NCBI RefSeq assembly: GCF_006345805.1
Contig: NC_042998.1
Location: forward strand, 27,156,001-27,220,000
Length of the DNA: 64,000 nucleotides
DNA from: Octopus sinensis
Taxonomy: Eukaryota
Reading direction: 5' to 3'
Under the pieces are notes generated by a model, which was not told where the DNA came from, did not search any database, and was given only the letters and a program-made list of their open reading frames with translations. How positions within the stretch are numbered: the first letter of the stretch is position 1; each line of letters opens with the position of its first letter. The position numbers and the translations under genes are program-made. This document shows, piece by piece, positions 26,209-37,604 of the stretch.

Positions 26209-26804
26209 ACACACACACACATTCATTGTCTTTCATTTGCATGAGCTAGTTGACCAGTGAAACACAATCACACACACATATATATAGATGCACATACATA
26301 CATAACTAGTCAGGTTTTGTGTTCACAAATCACTTGATTATGTATTTTTGTGTACATATGTGTCTATGTGCATCTATGTATGGGACCCATGGAAAACAAA
26401 CCTCCACCAACTAGTCTGCCAATATATCTACACACCTTTCAATGCCGTGTATGCTATAAGGTCTGCAAATCTAATGGAGGTCTCAAAAAGATATTTTAAG
26501 ATCCACAAAGATCAGAACTTAACTACAGCTCATGGTGGTCCAAACCAGATATGTGGGTATCTTTTCAATACATTGTCTGGTTTAAAAAGCCACATCAGAC
26601 ACCATAATGGATCTAAGGTGTATGTACAAGAAGAGGTGGTTAGACTGCATAAAGTGTAGACAGCCACCATATATGTAGAGGTCTGTGTGTCAGCTGAAAA
26701 AGAAACTGAAGAAATAAAAATGTTTTACGGAACTTGCCAAACAAATATGTTACACTTTTCTGAGATCATCTCCGAAGCACTGTCATATATAACCATATAT
26801 ATAT

Positions 26805-27183
26805 GTTTTTATAAAATTTATGAATAAATGAAAGAATGGAGTTGAACGACAGTCATCTAAAAGTTTTTGTGAATCTTGATGTTGACATAAATTCCTTGTT
26901 TTTCCTGATGAGAAAGCGGCATAATGTACTCCTTATTCCTTCACAATTAGGAATATGCAGCCTTCGAAACATATGTCGAAAATAAAGGAAATTTGTTAAT
27001 TTGTCGTTCAACTCCATTCTTTAATTTATTCATAAATTTTATAAAAATACACACAAATTCCCACACGAAAACACGTAGTCTCTGCCCTAGGCACGTAACT
27101 TCAACCGTGTTATTTCTGATGTGAATTTGCTACCCAGGTATCGGTTAAACGAATTATCCATAAAAAGATGTTTCATTTTTCTA

Positions 27184-27186
<3 letters not shown>
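26805..27186 (+). mobile_element. Penelope-like pseudo-LTR remnant with inverted partial copy
   Basis: 26805-26850 is the inverted copy of about 27003-27050; encloses a hammerhead motif; flanked by TA-rich tracts. PLE origin is inferred. Confidence 0.6.
26892..26990 (+). ncRNA. Type I hammerhead ribozyme motif
   Basis: CUGAUGA 26905-26911; long stem II (GAAAGCGGCAUA/UAUGCAGCCUUC); GAAA 26966-26969; 2-bp stem III with palindromic CAUAUG; GUC site ending 26977; stem I UUCCUUGUUUUUC/GAAAAUAAAGGAA. Confidence 0.85.
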
Positions 27187-27220
<34 letters not shown>

Positions 27221-27224
<4 letters not shown>

Positions 27225-27470
27225 TCATCGTTTAATGTCCGTTTTCCATGCTAGCATGGGTTGGACGATTTGACTGAGGACTGGCGAACCAGATGGCTGC
27301 ACCAGGCTCCAATCTTGATCTGGCAGAGTTTCTACAATTGGATGCCCTTCCTAACGTCAACCACTCAGAGTGTAGTGGGTGCTTTTACGTGCCACCGGCA
27401 CGAGGGTCAGTCAGGCGGCACTGGTAACGGTCACGCTCAAATGGTGTTTTTTTACATGCCACTATATATA
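27221..27470 (-). mobile_element. RTE 3' UTR fragment
   Basis: Near-consensus copy adjacent to (TA)n. Confidence 0.85.
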
Positions 27471-27567
27471 TAAACATATAAAGTAATCCCTTGCCATATG
27501 GCAGTTCACCTATCACGGTTTATTATTTAAGTTTATGTTGATTCCTCCATGGTGCTATTTTGCATTG

Positions 27568-27960
27568 AGTGGCTGTGTGGTAAGTAGCTTGCTTACCAAC
27601 CACATGGTTCCGGGTTCAGTCCCACTGCGTGGCACCTTGGGCAAGTGTCTTCTACTATAGCCTCGGGCCAACCAAAGCCTTGTGAGTGGATTTGGTGGAC
27701 GGAAACTGAAAGAAGCCAGTCGTATATATGTATATATATATATATGTGTGTGTATGTTTGTGTGTCAGTATTTGTCCCCCTAGCATTGCTTGACAACCGA
27801 TGCTGGTGCGTTTATGTCCCCGTCACTTAGTGGTTCGGCAAAAGAGACCGATAGAATAAGTACTGGGCTTACAAAGAATAAGTCCCAGGGTCAAGTTGCT
27901 CGACTAAAGGCGGTGCTCCAGCATGGCCACAGTCAACTGACTGAAACAAGTAAAAGAGTA
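27568..27960 (+). mobile_element. SINE family A, full length
   Basis: B-box-like ggttcagtccc, ggcaccttgggcaagtgtc body, internal (TA)n(TG)n, tail gactgaaacaagtaaaagagta. Confidence 0.9.
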
Positions 27961-27961
27961 T

Positions 27962-28076
27962 ATGCAAATTATAAAAATAATTTTAAAAAATATACAGTAC
28001 TGTTTCTACTTCACGGATTTCCCCTTATTGCAGAGTGTGTTGGAACGTAACACTCGTGATAGTCAAGGGATTACTG
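27962..28076 (-). mobile_element. Tigger/pogo-type MITE end
   Basis: Minus strand TA|cagtaatcccttgactatc matches the left end of 55309-55875. Confidence 0.7.
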
Positions 28077-28397
28077 TATATTTAACCAATATCAGGCAAG
28101 TGGTGGTGTACTCAGAAAATTGCATCAAAGAGATGACAGTTGTACATCCATTGCCAAAGGATTTACAATCACTAAAAGTTCCACGTCTTGGTTTGCATTT
28201 TGATGTTTCATTTGACCGGAACCTTTCAATTGATTATTTTTATAAAACATTTCAATTAACAATAAACTGTGGATTTGTTTCACTTTAAATAATGAAACAC
28301 AGCCTCGATATTTGCATATACAGAATTTCTTCTGTTAATCGGAAACAAAATTCTTCAATGGGCTACTTTGTCAGATGAAGTAAACTACGTGTTAAAC

Positions 28398-28944
28398 CAG
28401 TGCTCCAGAATCAGTATAGCACAGCACATTGGTGTGTCACGAGATGATGCTAGGTCTTCTGTGATACACTGGTGTGGCACGAGACGATGGTAGGTCTCCC
28501 GCGGCACACTCGTGTGCCACGAGACGATGCTAGGTCTGCTGCGACACATTGGTGTGTCACGGGACGATGCTAGGCCTGCCGTGACACAATGGTGTGCCAC
28601 GAGACGATGCTAGGTCTGCCGCGACACATTGGTGTGTCACGAGACGATGCTAGGTCTTCCGCGGCACACTCGTGTGTCACGAGACGATGCTAGGTCTGCC
28701 GCGGTACACTCGTGTGCCACGTGACTATGCTAGGTCTGCCGTGGCACACTGGAGTGCCGCAAGAAGATGCTAAGTCTTCCGTGGCACACTCGTGTGTCAC
28801 AAGACCATGCTAGGTCTGCTGCAGTGTAACCTGAATATAATTTTTTTTTTCCTATACTTTTAATTATATTTCTAGTTCAGGTGTGCCGCCGAATTTTGAA
28901 AAGAATACAGTGTACTTCAAGTGGGAAAAGGCAGTGGAGCACCG
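28398..28944 (+). mobile_element. hAT-type MITE with an internal array of ~10 x 40 bp palindromic units
   Basis: Ends cagtgctcc...ggagcaccg; candidate 8 bp TSD tgttaaac/tgtaaaac; unit ggtgtgccacgagacgatgctaggtctgccgcggcacact. Confidence 0.75.
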
Positions 28945-29280
28945 TGTAAAACAAGTGAGATTGATAATGTTGAAAAATAATACCGCAAAGCTTGGTAACA
29001 GAACAGTCGAACCTTGATGAAAAGTCACTGAAGTTACACTTTAGACATCAAAACGTGCGTGTTGCTCGACAGGAGAACCACAAGAGACTTTGGTAAAATC
29101 TCTTCGTGACGTCAGCTAGAATAACTGATTCAGTCATCACCATGAAAATCATTGAATATATATTTAATACCACAATAAGATGTTTTCAATCAGTACAAGT
29201 CATGTATTTAAAGATAACCGACAAAATGTTCTATTTCGCTTAAGAAATTGAATAAAAGTATTTTTTTCATGTGTTATCAT

Positions 29281-29495
29281 CATAGGCGGAGGTTAAAGGA
29301 CATGGACCGCACCCCCTTTCATAATCATAATCTCCGTATTTTTCTACGTATTTCGCCAAAAAAAAAAAATTCTAAAAAAAAAAAGTAAAAATTGTGTGTG
29401 TGTGGGGGGGGGGGGGTTTAAAATTTCGAAATGTCGATTTTTTTTTTTGCCGACTCGAAAGGTGGGTGCGGTCGCTGTCCTTTACTTCCGCCACG
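29281..29495. mobile_element. MITE with ~35 bp imperfect TIRs
   Basis: ggcggaggttaaaggacatggaccgcaccccctttc / gaaaggtgggtgcggtcgctgtcctttacttccgcc. Confidence 0.7.
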
Positions 29496-29619
29496 ATCAT
29501 ATACAAATTATGTACAAGTCATGCGCTATCAATTAATAACCGATTTTAACTTTATTTTTGTTTTATTACTTTAATTGTTTATATTATTTAAATAAAATGT
29601 AACTTTTTCCCCAATAACT

Positions 29620-30205
29620 TTTATTTATTCCTGTCTAAAACTGTGACTTTCCTTTGCGGACATGGCACAGCCAAATGTCAACTGGACCGAATCTGTTCAA
29701 AACATGCTACTGGATAGTTTCCATGTTGAAGCACCTACGAGCTTGTTCATAGGTCCTTTTCCTCTAGTACAATTAATTTGTTATATGTGGTACAACACTT
29801 CGACAGTTGTAGCCACTAGTAACAGACAGGGTCAAATTTTGCAGGAAGCTCCCTCCAGTGTGTGTCAAGCCTGTTCTTATTTCTTTACTGCCTACAAGGG
29901 GCTAAACATAGAGGGGACAAACAAGGACAGACAAAGGGATTAAGTCGATTACATCGACCACAGTGCGTAACTGGTACTTAATTTATCGACCCCGATAGGA
30001 TGAAAGGCAAAGTCGACCTCGGCGGAATTTGAACTCAGAACGTAGCGGCAGACGAAATACGGCTGAAGGCATTGACTGAGGGAGCTGCAACCACACTATT
30101 TGGCAGACTGTTCCGGATGGTGGTCACACACTGTGCAAAAAAGCAGCTTCTAATGTTGAGCCTGCAGTGTGATCTTTCCAATTTCAGGCTGTGTCCTCTC
30201 GTATG
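29620..30205 (-). mobile_element. CR1-type LINE 3' end interrupted by a SINE
   Basis: TRGHSLKLERSHCRLNIRSCFF...NSLPNSVVAAPSVNAF (30205-30066) resumes as RLDTHWRELPAKF beyond the SINE at 29870-30065. Confidence 0.75.
29870..30065 (-). mobile_element. SINE family B (Nin/Deu-like central domain)
   Basis: Reverse complement of 43302-43534; B-box gagttcaaattcc and gcctttcatcc...ggggtcgataaa...gtaccag domain. Confidence 0.85.
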
Positions 30206-30395
30206 CCCACAGAGAAGACAAACAAGGACAGACAAATGGATTAAGTCGATTATATCGACCCCAGTGCGTAACTGGTACTTATTTAATCGACCCCGAAAGG
30301 ATGAAAGGCAAAGTCGACCTCGGCGGAATTTGAACTCAGAATGTAGCGGCGTTCAAATTCCGCCGAGGTTGACTTTGCCTTTCATCCTCTCGTAT
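30206..30395 (-). mobile_element. SINE family B with inverted duplicated segment
   Basis: Family B body; 37 bp inverted arms at 30299-30335 and 30351-30387. Confidence 0.85.
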
Positions 30396-30911
30396 TTCTG
30401 CCTTGGAAGTAGTTGAATTGGGGGCGGTTGGTCAGGTACATGCCGTGCGTATACTTATACATGTTACAAATCACTTTCTTTAATGTCTTGTATAAACAGG
30501 GGAAATGCACAAAAGAAAAGGATTAAAATTGATGCTACCCTAAAAGAAAATGAAGCGAAAAGGTATTGGAGAAAAAAGAAGCTAGATTTGGCTTACAAAG
30601 TCCCATGCCCGTCGCTAAGGGGGTTCATTGGGCGGCACAGTCCCCCCATTATTCAATGGTGCACCACCAGATTCAGAAAATACAGTTTACAAAAATTAGT
30701 GTCTACGCGGAATATTCTGAAGCATCCCTAGGCACCCAAGTCTGGCAAGGAGCCCGTAAAGGTTAAGATTGGGAACCCTTGTGTGCAGAGAGGCTCATGT
30801 ACCTCCTTTCATCTATCTCAAAAGATTGAAATGAAAATGCTAACCAATTCCCTCAAAAATTATTTGAATTAATGCATTGGTTAACCCAACCTTTTCACTA
30901 CCAAGGACCCC

Positions 30912-30941
<30 letters not shown>

Positions 30942-30942
<1 letters not shown>

Positions 30943-31152
30943 CCGGAGTAAACACATAAATGTGAAACAAGGTGGAAAAAAGAGTACTCAAATACCAGTG
31001 GTAGAGTAATATGCTTTAATTAAAGCAGCAGAAAATTCAACAAAACCTGTTACTTTGAGTTTCCTGTTGCCGTTCAAAAACTGTCCGATGAACGGCAACG
31101 GGAAACTCAGAGTAACAGGTTTTGTTGAATTTTCTGCTGCTTTAAATAAAGC

Positions 31153-31154
<2 letters not shown>
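30942..31154. mobile_element. Fold-back element, family H2 (PLE-like), in (TA)n
   Basis: Same family as 49282-49519 and 36411-36522; inverted arms of about 60 bp. Confidence 0.75.
31075..31125 (+). ncRNA. Type I hammerhead motif with CCGAUGA core variant
   Basis: CUGU-CCGAUGA-ACG(GCAA)CGG-GAAA-CUCAGA-GUA-ACAG; stem I CUGU/ACAG extends further; first stem II pair is mismatched. Confidence 0.6.
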
Positions 31155-31180
<26 letters not shown>

Positions 31181-31183
<3 letters not shown>

Positions 31184-31361
31184 GGTCCCGGGTTGAGTCG
31201 GGGTTAACCACAGTAAATAAGGTACTCAATACATAGCAGAGTAAATTAATTTATTTTATAGAAGGAGCTTCTACAGGACTAGAACTGTTTCATTCAAATG
31301 AAATCATCAGGAAGCTTCATTTGAATGAAACAGTTCTAGTCCTGTAGAAGCTCCTTCTATA
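31181..31361 (-). mobile_element. Fold-back element, family H3 (PLE-like), in (TA)n
   Basis: Palindrome at 31261-31357 plus a unique tail; (TA)n on both sides. Confidence 0.7.
31266..31316 (-). ncRNA. Type I hammerhead ribozyme motif
   Basis: Minus strand AGCUUC-CUGAUGA-UUUCAUUUGAAU-GAAA-CAG(UUCUAGUC)CUG-UA-GAAGCU: 6 bp stem I, 4 bp stem III, GUA site; U-U at the first stem II pair. Confidence 0.75.
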
Positions 31362-31370
31362 ATATATATA

Positions 31371-31402
<32 letters not shown>

Positions 31403-31519
31403 TAGTTAATTCGAGGAAGTCCTCATTGGGGATTATATAATCCAAAGTATTCCACTGGTTCATCCGTATCATATAATGGTAAAGTCATTTGTATATATTT
31501 AGGATTATTGAAATTCTTA

Positions 31520-31651
31520 ATATTGAGGGAAAAACAAGAAGAAAATGGAGAATAATAACTGGAAGTAATTACTGATTTATTTGCATGTTGACGCAAATAA
31601 ATAATTACATCCATCTTATTCTCCATTTTCTTCTTGATTTTCCCTTAATAT
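31520..31651. repeat. Fold-back element (~60 bp arms) before (TA)n
   Basis: atattgagggaaaaacaagaagaaaatggagaataa... / ...ttattctccattttcttcttgattttcccttaatat. Confidence 0.8.
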
Positions 31652-32329
31652 ATATATATATGTATATTATTTTGAATTTAGTTCACGGATCCCCAGTACT
31701 AATTTTGCAGACTACAGGTTGGGAACCACTGGGTTAAATGCTAAAAAAACATAATTTGGTGGTGATTACAGTTGGATTGAATTTTTGCAGGTTATCTTGA
31801 GAATATGATAGAAACCCAGACATATTTCCCTCACCTTCATGCATCATATATTATAACCATTGCTAATTTTTTTTCAACCACCAGAATTACTTGGGACTAA
31901 GAAAAAGAAAACTTTATATTATTACTCAGAAAAAAAAAATGAAGACAGCACTAATTAAAAAGTATGAAATCAAGCAAGGACGTTTAGGACAAACTTATAA
32001 AAATGGTTTGGAGAAACAAAAGATTAATATTCGACTGCAACCATGATGGGTAAAAATTGGGAAAAATGTCATGAAGTCGTGCTTGATTCATTGAAATATA
32101 TAAAAGAATTGATGAAATTATACAAATAACTTCCTTACCTTGAATTTTTCTTCTGCATCACTTTGTTTGTCAATAAAATAAGAATAATCATTTATTGTAA
32201 ATTGCTTCGTGACTAATTTCATTGACATACTTTTAGGCTGGAATTATGGCCTCTCTTTCTTTGAAATGACGAAATCTGTTCATACGAACATGTTCTAGAA
32301 TTTTCGTTTAATTGGAGAGCTACTGCGGG

Positions 32330-32690
32330 CGCGGCTGTGTGGCAAGAAGTTCGCTTTCCAATTGCATGGTCCCGGGTTCGGTCTCACTGCGTGGGTAAGT
32401 GGCTTTTTACTATAGCCGCGGGCCGACTAAAGTTTGTCAGTGGTTTTTGGCAAACGGTAACCGAAAGCAGCTTGTTGTGTGTGTATTTGTACCCCATCAC
32501 TGCTTGACAACCGATGTTAGTGTCTTTACGTTCCTGTAAATCTAGTGGTTCTGCAAAAGACACCAATAGAACATGTACCAAACTTAAAAAAAAAAATGGT
32601 AAGAACTGAGGGTCGATTCGTTCGACTAAAATCCGTCAAGGCAATGCCACAACATGGCCGCAGTTTGGTAACTGAAACAAATAAAATATA
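32330..32690 (+). mobile_element. SINE family A-related copy
   Basis: gcggctgtgtggcaagaag head; CpG-rich. Confidence 0.8.
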
Positions 32691-33349
32691 ACAGATATTT
32701 GTTGTTTTCTCTTTGTGTGTGCATTTGTAATGCTTAAATAAATGAATTTAAATAATACTCGTTAAATAATCGTCTGCTCAATGAAATGGCAAGAGACCAG
32801 CTTATTGGAAACGGTCTAAATTGGTAAATCTAAATTGTTCCTTTATAAACAGTATTAATTGAATTATCGTCTGCTCAATCAAATTGCGAAATGTCAACTA
32901 TTGGTTCATTGATATGTCTAACTATTTTTTTTCTTGCAAAGTATAAACTACAGTTTGGTGCTCCACTGATTTTGGTTCTCCATATTTTCTTGATTCGATT
33001 TGGTGGATGTGTTTGAGACCCATCCATCAAATCATTTTCCAAATTTTTTTTGTTTGGATTCCTTCATTCTCGACAACGAAGTTAACGATTTTGCTAATAA
33101 AAGAACAATTTGTGGAGAGAAACAGCTTTTAAAAAATTTTATTACCATTAAGCTTTTAATTCTTAACTTTTTTTCATTCATTCCTTTTTAAAACATGGAA
33201 ATTACGATTGGGAATTTATTATCTTTAAAACCAATATTCAGCAAACGACATTTCACTTACAATGGAGGAAGACTTCGAGAAGCTAAAGCCAAAGTGCCCT
33301 CAAATCACACGCCTCAACATTTCATAAAAAGATGGTCACATTAGATGAT

Positions 33350-33720
33350 ATAATCGAAGATACCCCGAGTATGGACGTGAGGCATGGTCTACAACATCAG
33401 AAGTGAGAAGGTGCTTGGAGAGCTGTGAAATGCTGTTCTTCAGGAGAATACTGAGAATAGCATGGACGGACAAAATGTCTAAGGCATGCATTGCGATGAA
33501 TAAGAAACTGCTTTGTGAGATAAGGGCCAAGCAACTGTGATTTCATGGTCATTTAATGGGAAAAGAGGGCCAGGAGAATTTAGCAGTGAGGGAAAGATTG
33601 AAGGGGAAATAAGAGAAAGTAGGATATGTAGGTGTCAAGCTCAACGAAAGGTCGGAAGAAAGAGGCATTGTTAAAGAAAATAAAGAACAAAGAATTGTGA
33701 CCGGACATGATTGCCTCCGT
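33350..33720 (+). mobile_element. Decayed RTE LINE fragment
   Basis: YGREAWSTTSEVRRCLESCEMLFFRRILRIAWTDKMS...FHGHL, like RTE YG.ETW...EM...RR.LRI.W.D motifs. Confidence 0.75.
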
Positions 33721-35697
33721 CCTACATTCTGGCCATGGCACCTAAAACACAGTCATAAATATACAGAAGTAGGGAGATTACGACTCTGTAAAATGCCCGC
33801 CTCATATTTTTTAATGAAATTTTGCATCGACATAATCGTAATTAAACACTGTTTTCGATGGTGTAGCGGACGATTATGTTGATAATTTTTTTTTTTTACT
33901 CAGAAAGAAAAGAAATCCACACCTATTTAGCCATTCAATAGCTTGCTAATGGTCATTGCTTAAAACAATCTACGACATTAGACTGATTCATTATCAGCAT
34001 GAAATTGAAAGACAATAAAAAAATAATCGAAGATATTTTTCATTGAATACCTTCGCTTTGGTATTATTGTAGGTTAGACATCATCTAGGAGGGGATCTTT
34101 TGATCGTGTCTTCCAATTTAATGTTCATAATGGGGTAATATCAACCAGGATAAAGCCATACATTTTTTTTATGTTGTGTAATGGTTATAAGCAAGTTACT
34201 AGTTTAAAAGGTGTGGAGTTTTTCTAAATAAGAAATAAAACTTAATGAAATTATTTTTCTCAAATTTCATCAACATAATCATCATCTACATGTTCGAAAA
34301 CGTATCTTTACGAAATTTCATATAAATATACATTAATTAGAATGTTGGAAAGATGAAAAAAAAGGGGGAGTGAGTGGGGCACGAAAGTGTAGTTATGCCT
34401 ACTTCATCATAGTTATCAGGAAATATGAATATTTGCGGGGTCTCGTTAATAATTATAAGAATGAAACAGAAGCAATTTTTAATAAATCATTTTTTTAAAT
34501 GAAAGAATAAAAAAAATAAACGCTTTTATTCCATCAAGATTCGGTGATTATATAAACCAATGAAGTTTAGGTCAAACTACAAAATAAATAAATTTACAGT
34601 AATATATTTTTTCATCAAATTAAAAAAAAATAGGTTTTTCCGCTCGAGTATTAATATTAGTCATCGACTTTTTTGCTAATGACTTATATTGTTATAACTA
34701 ATTGCTTCATATTGAGACTGCTGTATTTCTTATATAATGATGCAGTCTAAAACAGCCATTAACCATTTACTCTTTATTAAGCAAGCAGACATCTATGCTG
34801 TCACTCGACCTGCTAGAAAGAGCAGCCAAAACTCTACAATCACATCCTACGATATTAAAAAGAAAAAAAAAAGATACATGGTAAAATGTTGTATGAGGTA
34901 GTGTAATTAAAAACAAGACGTGGTGGTCATTGATGGAATGCCTTCAAGAATATATATATCTGTTCCAGAGCTGAACAACAAAGATTAAATTTTTCTTTCT
35001 GGCGATCCTTCGGAGATGGTATCACCAACATGAAAGTGAAAATCGGCAATTTCCGTAAAACTATTCTATTTCTTTAATTTTATACAAATATGCACATAAG
35101 CACATACATGCCCATACTTACATACACAAACATACATACATGCCCACACATAAACACATACATAAAAAATGCATTAACATGGGCAAATTGTAAAACATGA
35201 GAAAAAGATTTCCTCAAATTGCAGATTTTCCTTTTAATCTTAGTGATAGCATCTCTGAAGGATCACCTTTTTAATTTTTATGAATTAACTCATTATGATA
35301 AGCTATCTAATCAATGCGTAAATAAAATGGAGTTCTAAATTTTTTCTTCTTAATGTTTTTGAATAAGAAAAATTTTCAATTGTAAAAAAATTTTGTAAAC
35401 TTTTTTTCGAAATGAAAGTAGCTGAGTGTCAGAATTGTTTCTCTTGAAATTCTTACCAATTTGGCTTTCAAAAATGCTTTATTTTTATTTGAGATTCGGA
35501 AGAATGTGTGACATATATTGAGAAAAAAAAATTCTATTGATTATTATAAAGTTTGCAGCCTAAAATATGATTTAAACAAAAAAGGAATAAATCCAATATT
35601 TATAAAAAGCAAAAACACATTGGTATAAAGAAAGTAACTTTTAACCTCTCACTCAACATTTTGGTGATCTTTCGTTTTATGATCATTTAAAGACAAT

Positions 35698-35865
35698 CAT
35701 CATCCTCATCATCATCATTATCTAACGTCCATTTTCCATGCTGGCATGGGTTGGACAGATCAATAGGAGCTAGCAAGTCAGAAGACTACACCAGACTTCA
35801 CTGTCTGTTTTTGGCAGGGTTTTTATGGCTGGATCACCTTTCTGACACCAACCACCTTACAGAGT
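35698..35865 (-). mobile_element. RTE 3' UTR fragment
   Basis: catcatcat...aacgtccattttccatgctggcatgggttgg. Confidence 0.75.
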
Positions 35866-35898
35866 GAAAGGAAAAATAACTGCTAAGGCTGCCCATAC

Positions 35899-35995
35899 CT
35901 TAATGAAAACAGTGCCAAATAAAGTAGTGGACAGTTTGAAGACAGTTGCTCCCATGACTTCCAAAATAAATTTTGGATTTTATGGAGTGTCAAAG
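35899..35995 (-). CDS. Candidate 97-nt exon (LTLHKIQNLFWKSWEQLSSNCPLLYLALFSL)
   Basis: Acceptor cctatttttgttcccag, donor AAG|gtatgg, one open frame; the pyrimidine tract may be incidental to a GA-rich region. Confidence 0.3.
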
Positions 35996-36410
35996 CTGGG
36001 AACAAAAATAGGACAGTGGAGACATACAAGGAAACTGAACGAAACCAATCAAGGAGGGAAAAGATAGTGAACGCTGGAAGAAATATTTTTTTTGAAGAGA
36101 GAAAAGACAGAAGACGTCCAGTCCTTAGAAAATCTGTGCAGGAAAAGAAAGATGGTTACATGAGGATAAGAAAGATGGACAATGGTCATGTGTGAGCAAT
36201 GAGAGAGAAAAAAGAGAAAGATGGCAAGGGAGGGAGAGAGAGAGAGAGAGAAATAGAAAACGGTGAAGTGGATTAAAAAGGAATTAGAGAAGGATGGGAG
36301 AGAAAACAGTATAGAGTAGAGTCACATCAAAAAGGTTAAGATAAACTTACTTGGAAATGGATGCTTGGCATTCAATTAAATAAAAATATAAAATGTGTGT
36401 ATATATATAT

Positions 36411-36522
36411 ACCAGAGTAAGCACATAAATGTGAAACAAGGTGGAAAAAATAGTACTCGAATACCAGAGGTAGAGTAATATGCTTTATTAAAATGTGATA
36501 TTATTGCTGCTTTTTAATAAAG
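36411..36522. mobile_element. Family H2 copy lacking the ribozyme-bearing core
   Basis: accagagtaagcacataaatgtgaaacaaggtgg... matches 30942; the palindrome interior is missing. Confidence 0.7.
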
Positions 36523-37604
36523 TATATATATGTGCATATATGAGTGCAGGACATCACCAACTGTAAACAACTTGAAATACAAAAACAAGCGAGTTAAATA
36601 CGCAAACAATGAGAGAAAATAAATTGAAAACAGGACACGTAACACAGGATGTTTTCAGTTTCTGTCTACCAAATCTACTCACAAGGCTTTGGTCAACCTG
36701 AGGCTAAAGTTCAGTCCCACAGTTCAGTCCCACACACACAGTGGGACTGAACATGGAACCATGTGTTTGGGAAGCAAGCTTCTTACCACACAGCCATGCT
36801 GCACCTCTATGTATATATATTTGTATATATGGAGAATAGCTTTTGACTGTTATACGAGTTTTAGTTTTTAAAAAAACGACTATGTTCTACTCATATCTTT
36901 TTTTATAACTTTTCCATATTACTTGTTTTGCAAATTAGTTTGGAACAATAAAGTTGGATAAAGACTATGATCATATTATAATTCATGAACTTCAGTTTGT
37001 CAAATGTCTATGATTATACAGTCTCTGCAAATTTGCGTAGGATGGTTGATATATCATGTAGCACACACATCTCTAAAATAGTCATATACCACTTAGCTAA
37101 TCGCTTCTCTGGTAACACCAACCTGCTCCATAACAATATACTGTTTGCAGTCAACTGCTGCCTGTGAATACATAAGCTCTACACGGCAATGGGACACGAA
37201 TGAAACTCAGAGAAGAAAAAAATATTGTCTAATACTTCGGAAATGCCTGCATACAAAACACAGCTAAACTTTCCCATCTAAATGTACATGGTGATCCGCC
37301 AAATGCTTTGGTTCATTACAGCACACCACTGAATTATGAATTAATCGTAATGATGCAAGAGAGTAAATTGTACTTTGAATGTTCATTGTATTAACACAAA
37401 TATCACGTATGACATAATTTCCTTTCAGTCAGCTCATCAATGTTAATGATGTTGTTCACGATTCTCTCAGGCGCTTGTTGTATAAACAAGGTCGGTCGTT
37501 TCTTCTATGCATAAACAGTTTCGAGATAGACGTTAAATTCCAAAGAGAAACATTCTTATGATTTCATTTAATTGCTGAATTTAGTCAAGAACTGTTCTTT
37601 ACTT

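Noticed and set aside
27568-27640. Possible tRNA genes at SINE heads (also 43302 and 57890)
   Set aside because: Only box A/B-like motifs; no full cloverleaf, and they continue into SINE bodies.
28431-28825. CRISPR-like array of palindromic repeats
   Set aside because: Units are directly adjacent with no unique spacers, there are no cas genes, and the array is inside a MITE in eukaryotic DNA.
30500-30562. Plus-strand exon-like segment GNAQKKRIKIDATLKENEAKR
   Set aside because: Isolated among transposon debris; may be a decayed transposase N-terminus.
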